Shown one piece after another: positions 1-6,941 of a stretch of 64,000 bases of DNA; the first letter of the stretch is position 1; each line of letters starts with the position of its first letter. The position numbers and the translations under genes were made by a program. The stretch is from positions 32,001 through 96,000 of IMG/VR virus record IMGVR_UViG_3300028171_000090; one strand, 5' to 3'. The notes beneath the pieces are model-generated. The model had not been told where the DNA came from. It saw only the letters and a list, made by a program, of their open reading frames with translations, and searched no databases. The stretch is from a virus. Lineage: Duplodnaviria > Caudoviricetes.

Positions 1-400
1 TTACTTGTAACTTATTCTCATTTGTTATACTGTACTGTAATCGTCCCAAGATTCCATCTTGAACGTTACGGTTAAATAGTTTACCATCAGCCTGAGGTTC
101 AGTCTGTAATTGATGTACATATCGACGAATATCCTCTAATGTTCGTTTATCCTGTGCACTCATAAAACCTGCTTCCGATTCGGTAGCTGGTGTATGCTGG
201 TCAGGGGATAACAGATGGTCATTGGTAAGGAATTGTGCTAAGTTTTCTAAAATAACTTTTGTCTGACTGACTACTTCAGTTTCAGAGATAGCTGTATAAA
301 AATGTCCTTTCCCATCTCGAAGTATCTCACCAGGTTGATATCTATCAACTTGGTCTACATGCTTTAGTATCAGGTGAATGTCTAACTGTTCTTCAGCCAT
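1..400 (-). CDS. Tail/fiber-associated structural protein, N-terminal part (runs off window edge)
   Basis: Not in ORF track; hand-translated open frame from ATG 400 (MAEEQLDIHLILKHVDQVDRYQPGEILRDGKGHFYTAISE...) with GGAGG RBS; contains ATESEAGFMSAQDKRTLE, resembling the AT..GxMSAxDK motif of tail-fiber proteins; AACA-N6-TA at 427-438. Confidence 0.75.
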   Translation of the reverse strand, partial: MAEEQLDIHLILKHVDQVDRYQPGEILRDGKGHFYTAISETEVVSQTKVILENLAQFLTNDHLLSPDQHTPATESEAGFMSAQDKRTLEDIRRYVHQLQTEPQADGKLFNRNVQDGILGRLQYSITNENKLQV

Positions 401-426
401 TATAAGTCCCTCCTTTAGGGTATAGT

Positions 427-438
427 TAATTACCTGTT
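427..438 (-). promoter_or_regulatory. Putative late promoter AACA-N6-TA
   Basis: Minus strand AACAGGTAATTA upstream of ATG 400. Confidence 0.55.
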
Positions 439-446
439 GAGAACGG

Positions 447-482
447 CGAAAAAGACAGAGATAGAGAACTAGTCTCTATCTC
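447..482 (-). terminator. Intrinsic terminator
   Basis: 10-bp stem GAGATAGAGA/TCTCTATCTC with T-tract on minus strand, overlapping the stop of 469..894. Confidence 0.75.
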
Positions 483-894
483 CATTACTTTTATTACTAT
501 CTTCCCTATCTTGACGTTTCTTAGGCTTATTCTCATTCTCTTCATCGTATTGCTTCTTTTCTTGTTTTAATTCTTCTTCATCCAGTGGAATGCTAAAGTT
601 CTTGAGATTGAATAATAGTAGCTTTGCGACGACGTTTAACGTATATCTACCAAAATATGCGCCCAATCCAGTGGCAACAATGCATGTTTTGATGTCGTCT
701 ATCAAAGTGGTAAGCATTATACCTAAGAAAACTCCGATAAGTGTAGATATAAGCGCTTCCGAGATATAGTACACGGTGACCTTTGGGTCTTCAGACTCTA
801 AGTCAGTGGCGTACCGATTTAAGCTTACTATGGATGATGTTAACAAGCTTACTGAAATCATCAGAAGGATATCTATTGTGAATAGTTTTTCCAC
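469..894 (-). CDS. Membrane protein, holin-like (2-3 TM segments, charged C-tail)
   Basis: Hydrophobic segments then EEELKQEKKQYDEENENKPKKRQDRE tail; GGAGGTGA RBS before GTG. Confidence 0.6.
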   Translation of the reverse strand: MEKLFTIDILLMISVSLLTSSIVSLNRYATDLESEDPKVTVYYISEALISTLIGVFLGIMLTTLIDDIKTCIVATGLGAYFGRYTLNVVAKLLLFNLKNFSIPLDEEELKQEKKQYDEENENKPKKRQDREDSNKSNGDRD

Positions 895-1351
895 TCACAT
901 CACCTCCCCTTTTAGCGAAGCGATTCTTACGTCTGTTGTTTAACAAGATTAAGCAAGAACAAATCAGAAGGAAAGATAATAATAATATGAACGACAGCAT
1001 AAGTAATACCATCGATTCTAACTTGTGAGTGGTTTCCTGGATATTATCTACGTATCCAAGTATCGCAAATTCGACTTCATTCGCCGACATGAGATCATAA
1101 TCGGTTGTTTCCGCATGTGCAACTAGAACTCCAGACTTAACAGGGACTGGTACACGATATGTGTCATACATCTCGCTGCGCGCTTGGAAATCGATCTCTT
1201 CAAATGAAGTTTGTAAATTCTCAGTTCTATCTTTTAGTTCACTGAAATATACGGAACTTCCAATCCCGAGTAACAGTGCACTACCAAACAAAATAAAACT
1301 AAGAATGACCACAGCTTTGCTCTTGAAGAACTTGTTACTTTTACGAATCAT
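803..1351 (-). CDS. Two-TM membrane protein with central soluble loop (possible antiholin/holin partner)
   Basis: TM segments VVILSFILFGSALLLGIG and VLLMLSFILLLSFLLICSCLILL; GAGGAGG RBS; overlaps next gene by 92 nt. Confidence 0.6.
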   Translation of the reverse strand: MIRKSNKFFKSKAVVILSFILFGSALLLGIGSSVYFSELKDRTENLQTSFEEIDFQARSEMYDTYRVPVPVKSGVLVAHAETTDYDLMSANEVEFAILGYVDNIQETTHKLESMVLLMLSFILLLSFLLICSCLILLNNRRKNRFAKRGGDVSGKTIHNRYPSDDFSKLVNIIHSKLKSVRH

Positions 1352-1388
1352 CCTTAATCACCTCCTCATGTTGTAAAAATGGTATTGC

Positions 1389-1400
1389 TAATAAAATGTT
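1389..1400 (-). promoter_or_regulatory. Putative late promoter AACA-N6-TA
   Basis: AACATTTTATTA upstream of 1351. Confidence 0.55.
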
Positions 1401-1435
1401 GAAATAAAACGAGTGTAGGCTCTATGCCTACACTC
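1401..1435 (-). terminator. Intrinsic terminator ending the rSAM accessory unit
   Basis: GAGTGTAGGC-N5-GCCTACACTC stem then GTTTTATTTC. Confidence 0.75.
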
Positions 1436-1443
1436 ATTATGTG

Positions 1444-1731
1444 TTATTTCTTTTTCTTCTTGTTCCATGTAAGATGGATTTTCTTTTCATTGAAATCCAT
1501 GTTCCAATCTGGAGCATCAAGAACGATATCAATTTCAGGAGCTACTTTATTAATAATAGCTTCACTTGTTTCTGTAAATTTGTTATGCGCAGCATAATAG
1601 CGAGCCATAACTTCGTCATGCATTACCTTGTTATTGATAAGCTCCATAAGAGCCGATTTTTCGTTGAATGCATCCTGTAATGCTTTTACATCTTTTGGGT
1701 CTACTTCAAAAATTTTAGTTTGAATTGCCAT
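1444..1731 (-). CDS. CXXX-repeat peptide modification system accessory protein (TIGR04116-like), copy 2
   Basis: 95 aa; V.P.D...LQ..F.E...L.EL at N-end and W.MDF....I.L at C-end match my recollection of the family; adjacent to rSAM. Confidence 0.6.
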   Translation of the reverse strand: MAIQTKIFEVDPKDVKALQDAFNEKSALMELINNKVMHDEVMARYYAAHNKFTETSEAIINKVAPEIDIVLDAPDWNMDFNEKKIHLTWNKKKKK

Positions 1732-1755
1732 TGTAATTCCTCCTCTATATGGTTA

Positions 1756-1767
1756 TAATAAATTGTT
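1756..1767 (-). promoter_or_regulatory. Putative late promoter AACA-N6-TA
   Basis: AACAATTTATTA upstream of 1731. Confidence 0.55.
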
Positions 1768-1770
1768 TCC

Positions 1771-2142
1771 CTATTGATATTCTACAATAAGAGAATTAGT
1801 TAGGAAATCTACTTTAATTTCATACGTTGTACCAGAAATAAGCTCTGCGTCTTCTTTCGGCATATATTTTTCCATCAATACTTGGAATACAAGATTATAT
1901 TCTGCGAAAGATTTAATATATTGATCGAGAATCTGGTTATAGCGTTCTTCGTCAGGTTTAAATGGTGATGTACTTGTAAACTGTGTACATAACGCTAGTA
2001 AACCATCCTTTTCATAAAGAACCCTTTGCACTACTGATGAATCCTCATACTCTAATGGGTAGGTAATTTTCTTCTTCCCATCTTCACAACATTCGTGTTT
2101 TTCTGTATCGTCATCATAACGAACTCTACATCCACATGCCAT
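1771..2142 (-). CDS. CXXX-repeat system accessory protein (TIGR04116-like), copy 1, with extra Cys-containing N-terminus
   Basis: Paralog of 1444..1731 (helical hairpin, C-terminal IKVDF...LIV); N-terminal CGC...ECC. Confidence 0.55.
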   Translation of the reverse strand: MACGCRVRYDDDTEKHECCEDGKKKITYPLEYEDSSVVQRVLYEKDGLLALCTQFTSTSPFKPDEERYNQILDQYIKSFAEYNLVFQVLMEKYMPKEDAELISGTTYEIKVDFLTNSLIVEYQ

Positions 2143-2164
2143 GATAATTCCTCCTCATTGTATA

Positions 2165-3502
2165 TTAGTCGATAGTTGGAATACCTTTACCTTGTGTGAT
2201 GAATTCGATTTCATCCGCAGTTAGGTTACATTCGAAGAAGTCGTCTTTACCTAACTTCTTGTAAAGTTTATTCCAGTAGTAATAGTTCGCAAGAACACGA
2301 ACTTTGTGCATCATACAAGTAAATGTTGCACGAATATTAGAAGAACCAAATACATCGTAGTTATGAGCTGTACACCAGCCACAGCCACTTGTTACTTGGC
2401 AGTTAAAGCACTTGTCAGTTGATTGAGAACGACGAGTGATACCGAATAGTTCTTCTACTAATGGATCGTCTTTAATGTCAATCATACCGTCATCAACGTT
2501 ACCGATAATGATTTCACGACGTTCCTTGTTTTCCATTGAATAGCTCATGAAGCGTAGGCAAGGATATAGTTTACCATCACAACCGATAGTTAACATCTTA
2601 CCATCTCCACCACACCAGTTATCATTTTCTTCTTCTTTCATCGGTTTCCCAATAGATTCTTCAAAGATACTGATAACGGCTGATTTGTAGTATCCACTTT
2701 CTAGATACCAGTCAGCTAGTTTAATTAACTGATCATAGAATACGAAAGCATCTTTTGGCTTCCATACGTTTTCAAATACTGCATTGGCATTGATTTCACG
2801 TAATCCCATTTCGAATAAATGTGGAATTGCTGTTGTGATTTTATCAATGTTTTCTGGAGCAAAGGTAACTTTAGTAGAAGATAGACCGTGTTCTGCAATT
2901 GCATTCTTCACGTTACGTTCTACGATATCATAACTACCTTTACCATTAGCGAATACACGACAAGAGTCATGTAAATCTTTGTTTCCATCAATTGTGATAG
3001 ATACAGAGATACGACCTTGGTTCTTTTCAATGAAACGTTTTACACGTTTTGTATGGTTTAGTGTACCGTTAGTTGATACACTGATCATATAGTTTAATGC
3101 CCAAGGTGAGTTTTCCATTGTAGCTTTAAAGCGGAAGTAATCCACGATAAAGTCCATTACGTCAACGTTCATGAATGGTTCTCCACCGATGAAGTCTAAG
3201 ATTACAGCTTTGTGAATCTTATCGTTAACGAAGTTTTTATTACGTTCTGTGTCAAATAATAAGTCTACTGCTTTACGAGCAACTTCTTTTGACATGAACT
3301 TTCTATTTTTACCTACTTGGTAACAGTATGTGCAACGTAAGTTACACTCTTCCGTCATAACGAAAGTAAGGTTCTTTGTAGCTAAATCTTTTTCCGAATA
3401 CTTTTCCAAGTTTTCAGGTGTATCTACATCATACATCGTTCCAAACGTATCTTGGAATTCAGATGTGGTTTTAACGTATGTCTGTTCTACAGAGCATCCC
3501 AT
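2165..3502 (-). CDS. Radical SAM/SPASM peptide maturase, CXXX-repeat target type (TIGR04115-like)
   Basis: CNLRCTYC (CxxxCxxC), DFIGGEPF, SVSTNGT, SPASM cysteines WCGG..YPC..CFNCQVTSGCGWC..TC. Confidence 0.93.
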   Translation of the reverse strand: MGCSVEQTYVKTTSEFQDTFGTMYDVDTPENLEKYSEKDLATKNLTFVMTEECNLRCTYCYQVGKNRKFMSKEVARKAVDLLFDTERNKNFVNDKIHKAVILDFIGGEPFMNVDVMDFIVDYFRFKATMENSPWALNYMISVSTNGTLNHTKRVKRFIEKNQGRISVSITIDGNKDLHDSCRVFANGKGSYDIVERNVKNAIAEHGLSSTKVTFAPENIDKITTAIPHLFEMGLREINANAVFENVWKPKDAFVFYDQLIKLADWYLESGYYKSAVISIFEESIGKPMKEEENDNWCGGDGKMLTIGCDGKLYPCLRFMSYSMENKERREIIIGNVDDGMIDIKDDPLVEELFGITRRSQSTDKCFNCQVTSGCGWCTAHNYDVFGSSNIRATFTCMMHKVRVLANYYYWNKLYKKLGKDDFFECNLTADEIEFITQGKGIPTID

Positions 3503-3527
3503 TAATTATTCCCCCTTTTGACTGTAA

Positions 3528-3539
3528 TATTAGTATGTT
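3528..3539 (-). promoter_or_regulatory. Putative late promoter AACA-N6-TA for the rSAM gene
   Basis: AACATACTAATA between upstream terminator and rSAM RBS. Confidence 0.6.
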
Positions 3540-3544
3540 GCACA

Positions 3545-3583
3545 TAATAAGAAATGACAGGATAAGCCGAAGCTTATCCCATC
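3545..3583 (-). terminator. Intrinsic terminator (UUCG loop)
   Basis: Minus strand GATGGGATAAGC-TTCG-GCTTATCCTGTC then ATTTCTTATT. Confidence 0.75.
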
Positions 3584-3588
3584 TTGTT

Positions 3589-4131
3589 TTAGAATACTAA
3601 ATATTCCTCTTCAGGCACTTCACCTTCAAAGGCATTTCCATTTTCTCTATCAATCATAGATTCCGTCACATTGTGACGTTCAAAGAAGTCAGCACACTCT
3701 ACAACAGTTTCCATGTCGTTTTGAGGCTGAGCCAGCATTAATAGAGTGTGGTAGAAGATACCCATATATTCTGGTTTAATACCTTTATCCTTCGATTCAT
3801 TAATCATACGTTTTGTATTCTCAATGTCACTCTTACGGAAGTAGTATTTAATTTGGAAATGAGTTACCCCAAATGCTGCAACGTCAGGTGTATCTGCAAA
3901 CCATTTATTGATGTTAGATGTTACGATACGGAAGATATCAGCGATATTATTCTCATACTGGAATACACCCCCATCTAACATTAATCGTAAGCTATCATTT
4001 ACAAGAGGGAAGTCCTCCAATGTTTTCTCTAACATTTCTAAGTTCTTTTCTTGTAAATACTTTGTAATTAATGCATTCTTAATTAATTTTTTTGTCGCAT
4101 TAATTTCATAAGGTTTTTTGTTTTCTTCCAT
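3589..4131 (-). CDS. Hypothetical all-helical protein downstream of the Cys-rich protein
   Basis: 180 aa ORF with RBS, co-oriented in operon. Confidence 0.7.
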   Translation of the reverse strand: MEENKKPYEINATKKLIKNALITKYLQEKNLEMLEKTLEDFPLVNDSLRLMLDGGVFQYENNIADIFRIVTSNINKWFADTPDVAAFGVTHFQIKYYFRKSDIENTKRMINESKDKGIKPEYMGIFYHTLLMLAQPQNDMETVVECADFFERHNVTESMIDRENGNAFEGEVPEEEYLVF

Positions 4132-4148
4132 GGAATATCATTCCTTTC

Positions 4149-5591
4149 TTAGAATTTAGCGATTCCGCTACTTCCTACATTGTATACTGGTCTAGAGTAG
4201 TTAACGCTCATTGCTGTACCTGAGCAAGAACCTGTACAACTTGTACATCCTGAAGAACATGCTCCAGAACATCCACCTGTACATCCGCCAGAACAAGAGC
4301 TACCACAACCACCAGAACAATCACTACCACAAGTTGAAGAACAAGACGTGCTACAGCCTGTACTACATGTACCCACACAACCACCAGTACATGAGCTTAC
4401 GCAGCTACCTGTACATGATGATGTACATCCTGTACTACATCCGCCAGTACATCCACTGTTACATGCTGTTGAACAACCTGAAGCACAGTTACCGGCACAC
4501 CCTGTAGAACATGTGCTTGCACAGTTACCTGTACATGAACCAGTACATCCGCCAGTACAGTTTGTCGCACAACCTCCAGAGCACGTTCCTGTACATCCAC
4601 CAGAACAAGATGATCCACATCCGCCTGTACATGTACTACCACAAGAACTTGTACAATAAGCGGAACATCCTCCAGAACAAGAACCTCCACAGCCACCTGT
4701 ACAAGCTGAGTGACATGCTCCAGTACATACGCCAGAACCACAAGCAGAACCACAGTTACCGTGACATGTTCCACCACAGTCACCTTGACATGTGTTATTA
4801 CATGAAGAACCACAACCAGTACATCCACCGGAACAACCTGAGGAACAAGAACCACCGCAACCACCGATACAGCTTGTTGAACATCCCGCAGAACATCCAC
4901 TTACGCAACCTGTTGCACATCCTCCGCCACATGTACCTGAGCATGTTCCTGAACATCCACCTGTACATGTTGATTGACATCCACCAGCACAGCCAGTTGA
5001 ACATCCACCTGAGCACGTTCCAGAACATGAAGAACATCCACTAGAACAGTTACCAGAACATCCAGAAGAACAGTCAGCCGCACAGTTTGCAGAACAGCTA
5101 CCAGAACATCCGCCTGAACATCCACCAGAACAGTTACCTGTACAAGATGAGCTACAGCTAGTAGAACACCCACCAGAACAACTTCCTGAACATCCACCAG
5201 TACATGAGCTTGTACAACCAGTAGCACAGCCACCGCCACATGTACCTGAACAAGAACCTACGCACCCACCAACGCATGATGTACTACATAAACCAGTACA
5301 TGCACCGTTACATGAGTTACCGCCGTCTTGCTTCGAGTTTTTCAATTTATACGTAGTCGCTGCCATTTCATCCACTTCAACCATTTCTGCTTGATCTTTT
5401 GCTAATGGTTTATCGAAGTGTTTGACTTGGTCAATCGCGTCCGCCATTTCATCATAATGAACATCTTCTACAAGTTCACTTGATGTAGCTTCAGGTTTAT
5501 AGTTAGGGACTGTATTTGTTCTACTACGTCTTCCTAACTCCTGCATGACGCTCAATTTCAGTTCTCTGAAATCCTCATCAGAAATAAACAT
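4149..5591 (-). CDS. Giant Cys-rich CXXX-repeat protein (likely rSAM substrate): 93-aa leader + 92 Cys units + 21-aa tail
   Basis: Counted 92 cysteines from residue 94 to 459, nearly all CXXX with G/S/T/A fillers; starts CNGACTGLCSTSC; GAGGAGGG RBS. Confidence 0.9.
   Translation of the reverse strand: MFISDEDFRELKLSVMQELGRRSRTNTVPNYKPEATSSELVEDVHYDEMADAIDQVKHFDKPLAKDQAEMVEVDEMAATTYKLKNSKQDGGNSCNGACTGLCSTSCVGGCVGSCSGTCGGGCATGCTSSCTGGCSGSCSGGCSTSCSSSCTGNCSGGCSGGCSGSCSANCAADCSSGCSGNCSSGCSSCSGTCSGGCSTGCAGGCQSTCTGGCSGTCSGTCGGGCATGCVSGCSAGCSTSCIGGCGGSCSSGCSGGCTGCGSSCNNTCQGDCGGTCHGNCGSACGSGVCTGACHSACTGGCGGSCSGGCSAYCTSSCGSTCTGGCGSSCSGGCTGTCSGGCATNCTGGCTGSCTGNCASTCSTGCAGNCASGCSTACNSGCTGGCSTGCTSSCTGSCVSSCTGGCVGTCSTGCSTSCSSTCGSDCSGGCGSSCSGGCTGGCSGACSSGCTSCTGSCSGTAMSVNYSRPVYNVGSSGIAKF
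4215..5312 (-). repeat. Degenerate 12-nt coding tandem repeat (CXXX x92)
   Basis: Recurring ACA/GCA every 12 nt on plus strand; register breaks at 3 CXX units and 1 CXXXX unit. Confidence 0.9.
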
Positions 5592-5621
5592 GTAATTCCC
5601 TCCTCTTCGTATATGCTAAGT

Positions 5622-6848
5622 CTATTTTTGTCGTCTATGGTATACACCAATGCCGACAGGTGTTACTTGTATATAGTCAACGGATAATTTGTAAGCAGGC
5701 GATGTATTAACAGTGTTAACTTCAATACGAAGCACGTCATTATAAGAACGTTCCCCTGTATATTCACACCCTACAAATATCGTTGTATATAGGTCTTTTG
5801 TATTTAACTCTTTTGGAGCAAATGCTACTCGACCAATTTCTTCTACCGTGATATTCGTTCCCATGGTAGTATTAATATATTGCTGAGGCATCTTCAGTTT
5901 CTTTATGGATATGTATATATCCTGAGTCGTTACAGCAATATCAGAAACTTTTAAACGTACGCCAATAGAATATACCCCAAACTTCATTGGCTTTGTATAA
6001 CATACAGCATAGTTTGTAATTGCTTTACCGTTTGTTGCAAGAGGGTCATCAACAATATGTTTCCCGTTGTAATAGTCATCACCTGGGAAGTATTCTGATA
6101 CACCTCTGTACACTGGACGATAATCCTCTACTAAGTAATCTGGAACTTGATAAATTTGAACTTCCGTAATGATATACTTAGCCGCAGTTTTACGCCCTTG
6201 ACCTAATTGTAATATAGGTCGAATAAAATTAGTTTTAGCCCATTCTTTTAATGTATTCGTAGTGTAGTTATTCTCATAAGCAAAGTTATCTTTGTCATTA
6301 TATACACCAGAGATTTCGAATGGTTGATTTGGTTTTACAAGTGTTGTACCTAACACTTGCGAAGTCTTTCCGTTAAAGTCTTGTGCTGATTGTGTCATTG
6401 CTTGATCTTTAAAGAAATCAACACGTAGACCGCAAGTACCTTCACCTTCTAAACAGAAGCCTTTGACTTTAAAATAGTATTCCGTTGTCCGTGATACAGA
6501 CAGCGGTATGTTTAGTGGTACTGACATAGCTGAAGTTCCAGCCATATCGATTTGTGTACCTTTCCCTTTTTCTAATGCGTCAACCCATTTGGTTGTCACA
6601 TCTGTAGGAGTTGATACATAACGTACCCAATCACCATGACCCAAAAGTAAATGCGGGTTTTGGAATGGGTATCGGCTAATCATTTCATTAATACGGTTTT
6701 CATTTTCTACTGTTTTTGATAAGTTCTTATTATTTGATCTTACGTAGAAATGACCAGTGTTACGGTCAACCATGAATTCGCCATTCTTTGCATTTGCATT
6801 CATAGAAATTGGCATAGGTATAAATCCAAACCGTGGTTCATTAGCCAT
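5622..6848 (-). CDS. Putative tail/baseplate-associated protein with beta-rich, carbohydrate-binding-like domains
   Basis: 408 aa, beta/aromatic-rich; N-terminus GEFMVDRNTGHFYV resembles GEILRDGKGHFYT of 1..400; function inferred from context. Confidence 0.55.
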   Translation of the reverse strand: MANEPRFGFIPMPISMNANAKNGEFMVDRNTGHFYVRSNNKNLSKTVENENRINEMISRYPFQNPHLLLGHGDWVRYVSTPTDVTTKWVDALEKGKGTQIDMAGTSAMSVPLNIPLSVSRTTEYYFKVKGFCLEGEGTCGLRVDFFKDQAMTQSAQDFNGKTSQVLGTTLVKPNQPFEISGVYNDKDNFAYENNYTTNTLKEWAKTNFIRPILQLGQGRKTAAKYIITEVQIYQVPDYLVEDYRPVYRGVSEYFPGDDYYNGKHIVDDPLATNGKAITNYAVCYTKPMKFGVYSIGVRLKVSDIAVTTQDIYISIKKLKMPQQYINTTMGTNITVEEIGRVAFAPKELNTKDLYTTIFVGCEYTGERSYNDVLRIEVNTVNTSPAYKLSVDYIQVTPVGIGVYHRRQK

Positions 6849-6874
6849 AGAGCTTCACCTCCATAATTTAATCT

Positions 6875-6886
6875 TAATTAGTTGTT
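6875..6886 (-). promoter_or_regulatory. Putative late promoter AACA-N6-TA (408-aa gene, Cys-rich gene, 180-aa gene)
   Basis: AACAACTAATTA upstream of 6848. Confidence 0.6.
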
Positions 6887-6910
6887 TGTTATATGAATCG
6901 GGAGTGGCGG

Positions 6911-6938
6911 TAAAAAGAGAGAGGGATATCCCTCTCTC
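6911..6938 (-). terminator. Terminator formed by a perfect 22-bp palindrome
   Basis: GAGAGAGGGATATCCCTCTCTC then T5 on minus strand. Confidence 0.7.
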
Positions 6939-6941
6939 CTA

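Noticed and set aside
469-1351. Rz/Rz1 spanin pair
   Set aside because: Gram-positive host indicated; no lipobox; partial overlap only
4211-5239. His/Gln/Val/Met-rich ORFs in other frames over the Cys repeat
   Set aside because: Shadow frames of a low-stop 12-nt periodic coding repeat; no RBS support
2165-5591. SCIFF or subtilosin-type bacteriocin cluster
   Set aside because: Substrate is a 480-aa CXXX polymer; no exporter, peptidase or immunity gene adjacent
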